The position numbers were made by a program, and so were the translations under genes. Under the pieces are notes generated by a model, which saw only the letters and a list, made by a program, of their open reading frames with translations, made no database searches and had not been told where the DNA came from. A stretch of DNA of 59,274 nucleotides, filler included. It is 5 parts of 5 records of this genome, joined end to end, with 100 filler letters (N's around TTAATTAATTAA, not from the genome) between each part and the next. Parts side by side here need not be neighbours in the genome. Positions count along the whole stretch, not along the records: positions 1 to 26,990 come from SRR2962707_1744; 4 more parts are not named here. One strand, 5' to 3'. Below are positions 10,962-21,582 of the stretch, piece after piece; the first letter of the stretch is position 1, and each line of letters opens with the position of its first letter.

Positions 10962-12542
10962 ATGAGGACTATGACTAGATGCTTAATCCTACTCTTGTTT
11001 TTGCCCCTTCTCCTTTCTGCCCAAAGGAAAAAGGAGAAAGATACCAGTAACGTCATTCTCCAACCGAATCGGATCGAATTCGAAAAGGATAGTGATCGAT
11101 CAGATTTTTATGTGGTTCCGGGAGGTCTTGATGGATTATTAGTTGTGGAAGAAACCACCGAGACAGCTCCCAGGGGAGGTGGTTATCTCTGGAATCTCCA
11201 CATGGTGGATACCGCATTTAATGTAGTTTGGTCCCAAACGAATGTGATTAGTGCATTCGGTGATTTACTGGGGTATGAATATTATGGCGGAAATTTTTAC
11301 TTACTATTTAATAGAAACAGGCTAAGGGCGGAGCAGCTACTTGTTTATCAATTAAATCCTGTAACCAAAGATTACATCACCTATGAAATCACCACGGTTT
11401 TTCCGGTCGACATTACACACTTTGAATCAGTTGGTGAAACCTTATTAATAGCAGGTTATGCCAATTTTAGACCTGTTGTTATCACTTACGATATCAATAC
11501 CAGGATACCTAAAGTCGTACCGGGTTTTTATGACAACAAAAATGAAATTCTGGATCTGGTTGTTGACGAACAGTCAAAATTGTTCACGGTTATTCTCTCG
11601 GAGAAAATGCGGAACAAGATGTTCACTGTTCGTGTAAAAACATTTAATGATCGGGGTGATATTATTCAGGATAATCTAATTAACCCCGGCGAAAAAAGAA
11701 GTTTATTGGATGGTGCTAGCACCACATTTTCAGGTGGGTTACAATATTTGGCCGGAACCCAATCCAGAAAATCTTTGCAATACAGTCAGGGATTTTATCT
11801 GAGTAAATTCATTAATGGTCAGCAGCAATTCAATAAGTATTATCCGTTCGCGGACTTGACGAACTTCTGGGATTATCTAAAACCCAAGAGAGAAGAAAGA
11901 ATAAAAAGGAAAATAGAACGGAAACGCGAGAAAGGAAAAATCAAAAAGTTTAATTACCGATTGCTGGTTCATGAAATAATCGAAAGAGATGACGAATACA
12001 TCATGATTGCTGAGGCATACTATCCAAGGTATGATTACAATAACTCGGGTCTTGGATCATTTGGAGGCTATGGTTCATATGGCAATAACTATCCCTCGTA
12101 TAGAAGCCCCAATTTTATGGGATATAAATACACCCATGCCGTTGTTGTTGGATTTGATAGGAACTGCAATATTATTTGGGATCATACTTTTAAAATTGAG
12201 GACATAATGAGCTTCTCACTCCGGAAAAATGTGGCGGTAAGTGCTTCCGGAGATCGTGTAGTATTGATGTATCTGGAGGAAAATGAGATAAGATCCAAAG
12301 TAATCGAAGGAAATGAAGTTGTGGAAGGACGAACGTTCAACCCGGTAAAGCTATCATTTGAGTCAGATGAATTAAAGACGAGGGATCCTTTAGTGGAGCG
12401 AATCGAGCGATGGTATGGAGATACCTTGTATGCCTTTGGTGAACAATCGATTAGAAATCCATTGGCGATCACAGGAAAAACGAACAGAAAGGTATTCTAT
12501 CTAAATAAAATAAGATACGACCTGAATCGACATCCTAATTAA
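10962..12542 (+). CDS. exported hypothetical protein, beta-rich
   Basis: 526-aa ORF with signal peptide (LLLFLPLLLSAQ) and a Gly/Tyr-rich insert; no function recognised. Confidence 0.85.
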   Translation: MRTMTRCLILLLFLPLLLSAQRKKEKDTSNVILQPNRIEFEKDSDRSDFYVVPGGLDGLLVVEETTETAPRGGGYLWNLHMVDTAFNVVWSQTNVISAFGDLLGYEYYGGNFYLLFNRNRLRAEQLLVYQLNPVTKDYITYEITTVFPVDITHFESVGETLLIAGYANFRPVVITYDINTRIPKVVPGFYDNKNEILDLVVDEQSKLFTVILSEKMRNKMFTVRVKTFNDRGDIIQDNLINPGEKRSLLDGASTTFSGGLQYLAGTQSRKSLQYSQGFYLSKFINGQQQFNKYYPFADLTNFWDYLKPKREERIKRKIERKREKGKIKKFNYRLLVHEIIERDDEYIMIAEAYYPRYDYNNSGLGSFGGYGSYGNNYPSYRSPNFMGYKYTHAVVVGFDRNCNIIWDHTFKIEDIMSFSLRKNVAVSASGDRVVLMYLEENEIRSKVIEGNEVVEGRTFNPVKLSFESDELKTRDPLVERIERWYGDTLYAFGEQSIRNPLAITGKTNRKVFYLNKIRYDLNRHPN

Positions 12543-12553
12543 TTTTAACTCAT

Positions 12554-12561
12554 TAATTTTG
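12554..12561 (+). promoter_or_regulatory. Bacteroidota -7 promoter element for pyrR-pyrB
   Basis: TAATTTTG lies 13 nt before the pyrR ATG. Confidence 0.5.
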
Positions 12562-12574
12562 CTGATAATTCATC

Positions 12575-13117
12575 ATGCAAAAGCGCCTGCTTTTCGATAG
12601 CAAACTCCTTAAGGTCACTATCAGCAGATTGTGCCAACAACTCATTGAAGTTCACGGTGATTTTTCCCAATCAGTAATTATTGGAATGCAGCCAAGAGGT
12701 ATTTTTTTGGCGCAACGCATTCAAAGTGAGCTTGAAAAGCTAACAGGAAAAGAGATTCATCTAGGTTTTCTTGATACCACTTTTCACAGGGATGATTTCC
12801 GCAGGAGGGATGAACCCATTACTCCAAGCCAGACTAAGATTCCATTTCTAATTGAGAATAAGAATGTCATTCTTGTGGACGATGTTCTTTTTACAGGGAG
12901 GACGGTAAGAGCAGCCTTGGATGCAATGAATGCATTTGGACGTCCAGCTAAAGTTGAATTGCTAGTGCTGATCGACAGACTTTACAGTAGGCACATCCCT
13001 GTAGAGGCGAATTATGTTGGAAGAAAAGTGAATACGATTCAATCGCAGAAAGTTTTGGTGGAGATCAAAGAACAAGGAAAAGAAGATAATATTTGGCTAA
13101 TCAACAAAGAAGAATGA
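12575..13117 (+). CDS. pyrR: bifunctional pyrimidine regulator / uracil phosphoribosyltransferase
   Basis: LDTTFHRDD, ILVDDVLFTGRTVRAALDA PRT motif; adjacent to pyrB. Confidence 0.95.
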   Translation: MQKRLLFDSKLLKVTISRLCQQLIEVHGDFSQSVIIGMQPRGIFLAQRIQSELEKLTGKEIHLGFLDTTFHRDDFRRRDEPITPSQTKIPFLIENKNVILVDDVLFTGRTVRAALDAMNAFGRPAKVELLVLIDRLYSRHIPVEANYVGRKVNTIQSQKVLVEIKEQGKEDNIWLINKEE

Positions 13118-14037
13118 GTGAGCTGAAAACGAAACACCTCCTGGGAATTAAAAACCTCGACAAAGAGGATATCGAACTCATTTTTCAGACAGCTGCCAAT
13201 TTTAAAGAAGTTATAAACAGGCCCATCAAGAAAGTGCCTTCTCTGAGAGATGTCACTATTGCCAACGTATTCTTTGAAAACTCTACGCGAACCAAACTAT
13301 CATTTGAACTTGCTGAAAAGAGACTTTCTGCCGATGTTATCAATTTCTCAGCCTCTGGCAGTTCGGTCAAGAAAGGTGAAACACTTCTGGATACGGTAAA
13401 TAACATTTTGGCCATGAAGGTCGATATGGTGGTCATGCGTCATTCAAGTCCTGGAGCACCACATTTCTTATCCAAGCATATTGACGCAAACATCATCAAC
13501 GCCGGAGATGGCACGCACGAGCATCCAACGCAAGCCCTCCTGGATACATTTTCAATTCATGAGAAAATGGGTTCTGTTGAAGGAAAAAAAGTAGTGATAG
13601 TGGGTGATATACTGCATTCAAGAGTGGCACTTTCGAATATCTATGCGCTTCAACTTCTGGGAGCGGAAGTAATGGTGTGTGGTCCTGCAACCTTGCTTCC
13701 CAAGCATATTGGTGAATTGGGAGTGAAAGTTGAAACCAATATCAGAAAAGCCCTGGAATGGTGCGATGTAGCAAATATCCTGAGGATACAGTTGGAGCGT
13801 CAGCAAATGAGGTATTTCCCTTCTTTGCGTGAGTATTCTCAATATTTTGGGGTGAATAAGCAGTTACTTGATTCACTGAATAAGGAGATTACTATTATGC
13901 ATCCTGGCCCTATTAACCGGGGTATTGAAATAACCAGTGATGTTGCCGACTCAGAGCACTCGATCATTCTTCAGCAGGTTGAAAATGGTGTGGCTGTGAG
14001 AATGGCTGTGCTCTATCTTCTTGCAGCACCAAAATAG
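13114..14037 (+). CDS. pyrB: aspartate carbamoyltransferase catalytic subunit
   Basis: FFENSTRT, HEHPTQALLD and MHPGP motifs; ATG 13114 overlaps the pyrR stop (ATGA). Confidence 0.97.
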   Translation: MSELKTKHLLGIKNLDKEDIELIFQTAANFKEVINRPIKKVPSLRDVTIANVFFENSTRTKLSFELAEKRLSADVINFSASGSSVKKGETLLDTVNNILAMKVDMVVMRHSSPGAPHFLSKHIDANIINAGDGTHEHPTQALLDTFSIHEKMGSVEGKKVVIVGDILHSRVALSNIYALQLLGAEVMVCGPATLLPKHIGELGVKVETNIRKALEWCDVANILRIQLERQQMRYFPSLREYSQYFGVNKQLLDSLNKEITIMHPGPINRGIEITSDVADSEHSIILQQVENGVAVRMAVLYLLAAPK

Positions 14038-14041
14038 CTCC

Positions 14042-15385
14042 TTATTTCCCTGTATAATTAAAAGGTGTAATCACCTTCAACTCTTCTTTGATACTATTAG
14101 AAACATCCAATGAATCAATGAATGCCATAATAGATTGCTCAGTGATGGCTTCATTTGTACGTGTAAGGGCCTTCAATGCCTCGTATGGCTTGGGATAGCC
14201 CTCTCTTCTTAAAATGGTTTGAATTGCTTCAGCAACGACCGCCCAATTGTCTTCGAGATCCGCTCGAATGGCCATTTCATTGGCTTTGATTTTAGAGAGA
14301 CCTTTCTCAAGAGATACAATGGCTAAATAAGCATGAGCAATTGGTACGCCGATGTTTCGTAGAACTGTTGAATCAGTCAAGTCTCGTTGTAAACGTGATA
14401 TCGGTAGCTTGATGCTCAAATGCTCAAAAATGGCGTTCGCAATTCCGAAATTGCCTTCAGCATTTTCAAAGTCTATTGGGTTGACTTTGTGAGGCATGGC
14501 GGAAGAACCTACTTCATTTTTGGCAATGGTTTGAGTGAAATAGTTCATGGAAATGTATTGCCAAACATCTCTACATAAATCAATTAATATCGTATTTATC
14601 CTTTTTAGCCCATCAAAAATGGCCGCCAAGTGGTCGTAATGCTCTATTTGAGTAGTCGGATAACTTCTTTTCAATCCTAGCTTCTCACTCACAAACCGAT
14701 CACCGAATGCATGCCAATCGTGATCTGGATATGCGACAAAGTGGGCATTGAAGTTGCCTGTGGCTCCTCCAAACTTAGCTGCGAAAGGGACCTGTTGTAG
14801 TAGAATCAATTGTTCTTGTAACCTCACCACAAAAACTTGCAGTTCCTTACCTAATCGCGTTGGTGATGCAGGCTGACCATGTGTTTTGGCCAACATTGGA
14901 ATATTTGCCCATTCGTTGGACTTCTGATCCAAACCTGCAATCAATCCCTCAAGTTTTGGGATGTACACATTGGTTATGGCATCCTTCAATGATAGGGGTA
15001 TGGCTGTATTGTTTATGTCCTGGGATGTAAGTCCAAAATGGATGAATTCTTTGAATTCGGTGAGTCCCAGATCATCAAATTTTTCTTTCAAAAAATACTC
15101 AACAGCTTTTACATCGTGATTGGTAGTTTTCTCAATCTCTTTAATTGATTCAGCATCTTTGATCGTGAAATCTTTATAGATCTTTTCTAATGACTTGTTA
15201 GAATCTTTCTGGTAACCGGATAGCTGAGGGATACCGCTTTCAGAGAGTGCAATGAAATAAAGCACTTCTACTTTGACCCGGTATTGGATAAGTGCTTTCT
15301 CAGAAAAGAAATCTGCCAGCTGTAAAACTTTGTCTCTGTATCTTCCGTCAATCGGGGAAATTCCTTCCAGGGGGTTAAAATCCAT
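14042..15385 (-). CDS. purB: adenylosuccinate lyase
   Basis: SPIDGRY, TNHDVKAVEY, GSSAMPHKVNPIDFEN signature. Confidence 0.98.
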   Translation of the reverse strand: MDFNPLEGISPIDGRYRDKVLQLADFFSEKALIQYRVKVEVLYFIALSESGIPQLSGYQKDSNKSLEKIYKDFTIKDAESIKEIEKTTNHDVKAVEYFLKEKFDDLGLTEFKEFIHFGLTSQDINNTAIPLSLKDAITNVYIPKLEGLIAGLDQKSNEWANIPMLAKTHGQPASPTRLGKELQVFVVRLQEQLILLQQVPFAAKFGGATGNFNAHFVAYPDHDWHAFGDRFVSEKLGLKRSYPTTQIEHYDHLAAIFDGLKRINTILIDLCRDVWQYISMNYFTQTIAKNEVGSSAMPHKVNPIDFENAEGNFGIANAIFEHLSIKLPISRLQRDLTDSTVLRNIGVPIAHAYLAIVSLEKGLSKIKANEMAIRADLEDNWAVVAEAIQTILRREGYPKPYEALKALTRTNEAITEQSIMAFIDSLDVSNSIKEELKVITPFNYTGK

Positions 15386-15410
15386 GTATTTTTTTGTGAA
15401 AAGTCGAACA

Positions 15411-15464
15411 CAAAATTACCTCATGATGTTTACTTGTTTGGCCTTGAGACTAGAATTAACTTTG
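15411..15464. promoter_or_regulatory. divergent Bacteroidota -7 elements for purB and the ferredoxin reductase gene
   Basis: TAATTTTG on minus (15411-15418) and TAACTTTG on plus (15457-15464). Confidence 0.5.
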
Positions 15465-15483
15465 CGCCCTTAAAATTCATAAA

Positions 15484-16554
15484 ATGGCATTTTCATTATT
15501 CAAGAAGAAAAAGGATAAAAAAGACAATCGGTATCAGACTTTGAAGATTAAGGATGTGGTGAATGTGGCAAAGGATGCCGTGAATCTAGTCTTTGAGAAG
15601 CCTGAGAATTTTGAATATCAACCGGGACAGTTCATTACCATTATACGTGAGGTCAACGGAAAAAAAATCCGTAGGGCCTACTCACTGTGCACCACACCTT
15701 TCGAAGATGAATTTCCAGCTGTGACGGTTAAGCGTGTAGAAGGAGGAGCCATGTCCAATCACTTGAATGATCATGCTAAGCCTGGTGATGAAATGGAGAT
15801 CATGGAGCCCATGGGGATGTTCACCACGTCTATTTCTGAGGCCAATGAGCGACATGCAGTATTTTTTGGAGGAGGAAGTGGAATCACTCCCCTTATGTCC
15901 ATCCTTCGGTCGATTCTTCTAAAGGAATCGGAAAGTAAGGTGTCGTTAGTGTACGGTAACAGAAGCGAAGAATACATCATATTCAAAGAACTGATTGCAG
16001 ACTTGACATCCAGGTATGGAGCAAGATTCAAGGCTGTACATGTCCTAGAGGAAGGAACAGCGGATTATTCAGGAAGACCTACTATTGATTTGATCAAAAC
16101 TATTAGTGATGATCTAGCATGTGATTCCGAAACAGAATTCTATATCTGTGGACCGCAACCAATGATGGATGTGGTATCGGGAGGTCTTGAGAAAGCAGGT
16201 TATGATGCAGCGAAAATCAAGATGGAGAGTTTTGAAGCAGGTAAGACATCTCCGGCCGAAATCATTGATATTGAAGGAGCAGAGAGTGAGGTCACCATTC
16301 TTCTTGATGGTGAGGAATATTCCATTACCGTGAAAAAGAATGCCTCCATTCTTGATACTGCCCTTGATAATGATCTGGATATGCCATACTCATGCCAGAG
16401 TGGTCTGTGTACAGCCTGCAGAGGCAAGTGCCTGGAAGGTAACGTGAGTATCGACGAAGCAGAGGGGCTTTCTCAAGATGAACTGGATGAAGGGTATGTT
16501 CTTACTTGTGTGGGTAAGCCACTTTCTGATCGTGTGAAAATTGAGATGGGTTAG
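15484..16554 (+). CDS. PaaE-like FAD/NAD(P)H oxidoreductase with C-terminal 2Fe-2S ferredoxin
   Basis: RAYSL FAD motif, GGSGITP, YICGP, and C-x4-C-x2-C...C (CQSGLCTAC..LTC). Confidence 0.92.
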   Translation: MAFSLFKKKKDKKDNRYQTLKIKDVVNVAKDAVNLVFEKPENFEYQPGQFITIIREVNGKKIRRAYSLCTTPFEDEFPAVTVKRVEGGAMSNHLNDHAKPGDEMEIMEPMGMFTTSISEANERHAVFFGGGSGITPLMSILRSILLKESESKVSLVYGNRSEEYIIFKELIADLTSRYGARFKAVHVLEEGTADYSGRPTIDLIKTISDDLACDSETEFYICGPQPMMDVVSGGLEKAGYDAAKIKMESFEAGKTSPAEIIDIEGAESEVTILLDGEEYSITVKKNASILDTALDNDLDMPYSCQSGLCTACRGKCLEGNVSIDEAEGLSQDELDEGYVLTCVGKPLSDRVKIEMG

Positions 16555-18779
16555 ACCTTATCGAATAAGATTCTGAAGCTGGTTCCCTCACCAATTTTAC
16601 TTTCACAAAGAATTTCTCCATTCATGGCTTTGATAAATTTCAAAGCGATGGATAAGCCTAATCCAGTGGATCTTTCTTGATCTGTGGGTTTGGAACTCAA
16701 TGTGGTGAATGCTCTGAAAAGCTTGTCCTTCTCTTCCTCATTAATGCCCGGTCCTTCATCACTCACGACAATCTCATTTTTGGAATTGATGGATTTAAGC
16801 GAGACATGGATGCGTTTTCCCTTATCAGAGAATTTAATCGCATTGGAAAGAAGGTTATCAACAACTTGCTCCAGATAATTTGGATCAACTTTGGAAAAGT
16901 GACTGTCCTCACGATCTACATCATTAACGATTTTGATCAATTTCTGACCAGCAATGATATCGAAGTTGCTGATGGATTTTGAGATTAGCTCATTCAGATC
17001 GGTCTTCTCCATTTTCAGATTGACCTTCATGTTTTCGATAGCACTTATGTCCAATACACGATCTATCATGTTGGCCATCTTCACAGAGGAGGCATCAAGC
17101 AACTCGATGTACTTGTTCAGATTGTCATCATTGATTTCTTTGGCAGAATCATTGAGAAGAGGCATTAATCCCATAATCATGTTGAGAGGGTTTCTTAGGT
17201 CGTGGGCCACTATGCCTATCAACTTGTTTTTCTCATCATTGAGAAATTTCAGACGCTTGTTATTTCGCTGAATCATGTAATAACCACGAATCATTGTTAA
17301 GGCAAACAGAGCAAGCAGTGCAAGAACAAGAAGAATGAGTCGGTTCTCATTCGTTTTTGCAGCTATTTCCTTAGAAAGCTTGAGCTCAGCAGCCTTTCTT
17401 TCTTCTTCCATTTCGGCAACCTGCTTTCTGAATTCATATTCAGCGGCCAGCTGTGTCGCTTTTTCCACATTGTTCTCGTCGTAAATGGAGTCCATCATAG
17501 CTTGATACCGCTCAAGGTATCTCATGGCCTGGCGAGTATTACCTTGTTTTTTGTGAAACTTGTAAAGCTCTTGTAGTGCTTCCCTTGTTTCCAGCCTGAG
17601 GTTTGCATCTTTCCCGATTTTCAACGCTTTATCTAATGCTACTAGGGCTTTTTGAGGCATGTTTTGCTTTGAGTAGAGCATGCCAAGATCTTTATATACC
17701 GTTGATTGGACAACTACTTCCTCGCATCGATTGGAGGTTTTTAATGCTCTGTCAAGATAATATTCTGCAGAATCCAGCTTGCCTTTTGCTACATAAATGG
17801 ACCCCATACCTTCCAAAGGATAGCTTTCGAAACAAGGATAGGTTTCAATAAGATCTATTTCTAAAGATTTTTTCAACAATGAAACGGCCTTCAAGGTGTC
17901 TCCATTCCTAACATGGATATATGATAAATTATTGAGAAGTGTAGCTTCATTGGCTTTCATGTTGTGAATTCTTGCCTTCTCCAACGCATCGCTGTAATAC
18001 TGCATGGCCATCTCAGCATTATTCATGTTGTCATAAATGACACCAATGTTGTTGTTAATGAGGATTTCTCCGTCAATATCTTCGGATTGAACAGCAAGTT
18101 CTCGTGCCTGAAGATAACTGTCTAACGCTTCGGAATAGAGCCCCTTCTGATCATAGATGATTCCAACTTGATTGAGTGTTTGGCTCAGTTTGCGATTATC
18201 ACCACCTTTTTCATAGGCTTTACGCGCTTCATAAGCCCATTTTAGAGCTTCTACATTATTACCTCTGATATTGTTGATGTTGGCGAGGGCGTAGGCAGCA
18301 TCTCCCCATTCAGGATGCACATCATTATCTGAGGCAATGGCATGTGCCTGAATGTAGGATGAGATTGCAGAATCAAGTTTTGCATTGCTTTCATAAGTGA
18401 TTCCCTGAATATAATACGCGTTAGCTGCGTAATTCATCATTTCAGCACTTAGATACCGGAGTGCAGCATTCTCAATATGCTGGATGCCTGAATCAAGAGA
18501 TTGATTGGCTAAAAAAGCACCATAAATTATTTCAGAACGACTTTTGTGCCTGATGGATTCTACCCGACGACCTAGCTCAAATGCCTGCGAGGAATAGCTC
18601 AATCGTTCTGCTTTATTATTTGTTTGATAAGAGAGACTAATCAGGATGGATATCCTGGCAGTGTCTGATTCCGCCTTCTGTAATTCAGCTTGAAGACTAT
18701 CAATGGCAGAAGCTTGCGCAAATAGGGGTATTGCACAGCAGTAGGTTAATATGGTGGCGATTATGAAATGTAATTTCAT
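16551..18779 (-). CDS. TPR-repeat sensor histidine kinase
   Basis: Signal peptide, TPR repeats, one TM helix, AHDLRNPL H-box, NAIKF, DEGPG and GLGL; TATATTTG -7 element at 18798-18805 (minus) supports the 18779 start. Confidence 0.93.
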   Translation of the reverse strand: MKLHFIIATILTYCCAIPLFAQASAIDSLQAELQKAESDTARISILISLSYQTNNKAERLSYSSQAFELGRRVESIRHKSRSEIIYGAFLANQSLDSGIQHIENAALRYLSAEMMNYAANAYYIQGITYESNAKLDSAISSYIQAHAIASDNDVHPEWGDAAYALANINNIRGNNVEALKWAYEARKAYEKGGDNRKLSQTLNQVGIIYDQKGLYSEALDSYLQARELAVQSEDIDGEILINNNIGVIYDNMNNAEMAMQYYSDALEKARIHNMKANEATLLNNLSYIHVRNGDTLKAVSLLKKSLEIDLIETYPCFESYPLEGMGSIYVAKGKLDSAEYYLDRALKTSNRCEEVVVQSTVYKDLGMLYSKQNMPQKALVALDKALKIGKDANLRLETREALQELYKFHKKQGNTRQAMRYLERYQAMMDSIYDENNVEKATQLAAEYEFRKQVAEMEEERKAAELKLSKEIAAKTNENRLILLVLALLALFALTMIRGYYMIQRNNKRLKFLNDEKNKLIGIVAHDLRNPLNMIMGLMPLLNDSAKEINDDNLNKYIELLDASSVKMANMIDRVLDISAIENMKVNLKMEKTDLNELISKSISNFDIIAGQKLIKIVNDVDREDSHFSKVDPNYLEQVVDNLLSNAIKFSDKGKRIHVSLKSINSKNEIVVSDEGPGINEEEKDKLFRAFTTLSSKPTDQERSTGLGLSIALKFIKAMNGEILCESKIGEGTSFRILFDKV

Positions 18780-18900
18780 CTTATCAAGCTGGTATGCCAA
18801 ATATAATCTTTTGATAATAATCTGCTTGTTTCACCATTCAACATATTTATTCTAGCGTAGAAAATTTTATACACCTATTTTGCTCCAAAAATTTGCACGT

Positions 18901-21405
18901 ATGAAAAATAAGCTCGCTTTATTCTTAATCATTCCTTTGATTGTGAATGCCCAACTAAAAAGTCCCAAAGATTATTTAGGCTATGAATTGGGTGAAAAAT
19001 TCACCAGACACCATCAGGTGGTTGATTATTTCACACATATATCCGAGAACTCAGAAAAGGTAACCCTTAAGGAGTACGGAAAGACGTATGAAGATCGACC
19101 TCTTCTGCTCGCATTTGTCTCCTCGAAGGAAAATCTTCAGAAAATTGATCAGATACGCGAGGATAATTTAAGACGGGCAGGAGTAATCGATGGGACTCCT
19201 TCGACCAACGTGGCTATTGTTTGGTTAAGCTATAATGTTCATGGGAACGAGTCTTCTTCAACTGAGGCCTCAATGGCTACTATTTATGAGTTAATAAGAC
19301 AAAATTCAAATAAGGAAGCATGGCTTGAAAATACGATGGTGATCATTGATCCATGTGTAAATCCGGATGGTCGGGATCGGTATGTGAATTTTTATTGGCA
19401 GTACGGTGCTTTACCCTATAATCCTGATCCAAATGCTTTAGAACACAATGAAGGTTGGCCAGGTGGTAGACCTAATCATTATTTATTTGACCTGAACCGT
19501 GATTGGGCATGGCAGACTCAAATCGAAACAAAAAGCCGAATAAAAGAATACAATCAGTGGTTGCCACAAATTCATGTGGACTTTCACGAACAGGGGATCA
19601 ATTCGCCTTATTATTTTGCTCCGGCAGCTCAGCCTTATCATGAGCTTATTACAACGTTTCAGCGTGATTTTCAAAAAGAAATTGGAAGGAATCATGCCAG
19701 TTATTTCGATGAAAACAACTGGTTTTATTTCACAAAGCAGTTTTTCGATCTACTTTATCCAAGCTACGGGGACACTTATCCTACTTATAATGGAGCCATT
19801 GGGATGACTTACGAGCAAGCTGGTCATGGAAGAGCCGGGTTGGGAATCATTAAGCAGGAAGGGGACACATTGACATTGAAAGATAGGATTGCCCACCATT
19901 ACACCACGGGGCTTTCGACTATTGAAATTTCATCCAAAAATTCAGATCGATTGTTGAGCCAATTCGGTTCCTTTTTCGGCGATAACCCTCGACTAAAGTA
20001 TAAATCTTTTGTTCTGAAGTATGACGGAAACGATGATAAGATGAGGACTTTAAAAAGCTGGTTAGATAATCAGGGCATCCAATATGGCACTGCTTCAAAT
20101 GTGAAAGGACTTAGAGGCTATCAGTACAGCACAGGGAATACCGCCGCATTTTCAATTGGCAACAATGATTTGGTCGTGAATATGAATCAGCCGAAAGCAA
20201 CGCTTGCCCAGATTTTATTTGAGCCTAAGACGAAACTGGTCGATTCTGTGACCTATGACATCACAGCCTGGGGTGTGCCATATGCCTACGGCATGGAAGC
20301 ATACGCAACTGAGCAAATGATTACTGTTAATCAGAAAGATGACATTGGTTTTGTAAAACATGAAGCTCCGGAGAAAGCATATGCATTTGTTTGCAAATGG
20401 AATAGTCTCACTGATGCGCGCTTTTTGGCTGCACTTTTGAAAAAGGACATCAAGGTTCGTTTTGCTGAAAAACCCATGAATTACAAGGGACAGCAGTTCG
20501 GTAGAGGCAGCTTGATCATTGCGAAGCGCGATAATAAAAAAATGGCTGATTTTGAAGGTGTAATTACCAGACTGGCAAATGATTTTGAAAGGTCATTGGC
20601 CACTCTGACAACCGGATTTATGGATGGAGGTCCGGACTTGGGTTCGGCTGATGTTCACTACCTGAAAAAGCCTAAAATTGCACTGTTAGGATATGAGGGC
20701 ACATCGTCGCTTGCCTTTGGTGCGACATGGCATTTTATGGAGCAAGAGCTAGAATATCCTGTTACAATTATTGGAACGGACTATTTTACCCGCTTCAATT
20801 TGGATGAATACGATGTATTGATCATGCAGAATGGATGGTATGGAAATTTCGGTGAGCGTGAAATGAAGAAATTGATGGAGTGGGTGTCGGCAGGAGGGAA
20901 GCTCATCGCTGTGCAAGGAGCCTTAAACAAATTGAAGGACTCTGATCATTCATCCTTGTCGGCATATGCAGACGATGCTGAGAAAAAGGAATCTGAGAAA
21001 AAGGACAAAGAACGAAAAGAGAGCGCACAACTTGTTGAGTATGAAAATCAGGAAAGGGAATATATGAAAGGAAATACTCCCGGGGCGATTTATAAGGTGA
21101 AGGTGGACAATACCCATCCTTTGGCCTATGGATATGGAAAAACATACTACACGTTGAAAAATTCTTCCAGTAAAGTAGCCTATCTGGATGGCGGTAATGT
21201 GGGAGTTGTGGAGAGTACTGGAGATTTGCTCAGTGGTTTTTCGGGGCAGTATGCCAGAGAGGATGTAGCAGAATCACTGGTATTTGGAGTAGAAAATAAA
21301 GGCAGAGGGCAGATCGTGCATATTGTGGATGATCCGCTTTTCAGATCATTTTGGCAAAATGGAAAATTATTAATGGTCAATGCCATGTTCTTTGTAGGCC
21401 AATAA
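18901..21405 (+). CDS. secreted M14 zinc carboxypeptidase-family protein
   Basis: Signal peptide, HGNE zinc motif, NPDG, DLNRDW and DFHE; C-terminal GATase-like region. Confidence 0.92.
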   Translation: MKNKLALFLIIPLIVNAQLKSPKDYLGYELGEKFTRHHQVVDYFTHISENSEKVTLKEYGKTYEDRPLLLAFVSSKENLQKIDQIREDNLRRAGVIDGTPSTNVAIVWLSYNVHGNESSSTEASMATIYELIRQNSNKEAWLENTMVIIDPCVNPDGRDRYVNFYWQYGALPYNPDPNALEHNEGWPGGRPNHYLFDLNRDWAWQTQIETKSRIKEYNQWLPQIHVDFHEQGINSPYYFAPAAQPYHELITTFQRDFQKEIGRNHASYFDENNWFYFTKQFFDLLYPSYGDTYPTYNGAIGMTYEQAGHGRAGLGIIKQEGDTLTLKDRIAHHYTTGLSTIEISSKNSDRLLSQFGSFFGDNPRLKYKSFVLKYDGNDDKMRTLKSWLDNQGIQYGTASNVKGLRGYQYSTGNTAAFSIGNNDLVVNMNQPKATLAQILFEPKTKLVDSVTYDITAWGVPYAYGMEAYATEQMITVNQKDDIGFVKHEAPEKAYAFVCKWNSLTDARFLAALLKKDIKVRFAEKPMNYKGQQFGRGSLIIAKRDNKKMADFEGVITRLANDFERSLATLTTGFMDGGPDLGSADVHYLKKPKIALLGYEGTSSLAFGATWHFMEQELEYPVTIIGTDYFTRFNLDEYDVLIMQNGWYGNFGEREMKKLMEWVSAGGKLIAVQGALNKLKDSDHSSLSAYADDAEKKESEKKDKERKESAQLVEYENQEREYMKGNTPGAIYKVKVDNTHPLAYGYGKTYYTLKNSSSKVAYLDGGNVGVVESTGDLLSGFSGQYAREDVAESLVFGVENKGRGQIVHIVDDPLFRSFWQNGKLLMVNAMFFVGQ

Positions 21406-21411
21406 ATACTT

Positions 21412-21456
21412 CGGGAGGCTTGAAAACTATTCTTTTTTCAGCCTCCCGTTTTCTTT
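21412..21456 (+). terminator. intrinsic terminator of the peptidase gene, overlapping the convergent Arc-like gene
   Basis: Stem CGGGAGGCT..TGAAAA / TTTTCA..AGCCTCCCG followed by TTTTCTTT. Confidence 0.65.
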
Positions 21457-21582
21457 CAGTGCCTTATGGATGATCCATTCTATCTGGCCATTGGTAGAGC
21501 GAAATTCATCTGCTGCCCATTTTTCAAGGGCCTTCATGGTTTCTTCATTCAGTCTTAGTGCAAATGGTTTCTTCTTAGCCAT
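21427..21582 (-). CDS. Arc/ribbon-helix-helix DNA-binding protein (51 aa, absent from ORF track)
   Basis: Manual translation MAKKKPFALRLNEETMKALEKWAADEFRSTNGQIEWIIHKALKENGRLKKE; its start overlaps the upstream stop (ATGGCTAA). Confidence 0.9.
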   Translation of the reverse strand: MAKKKPFALRLNEETMKALEKWAADEFRSTNGQIEWIIHKALKENGRLKKE

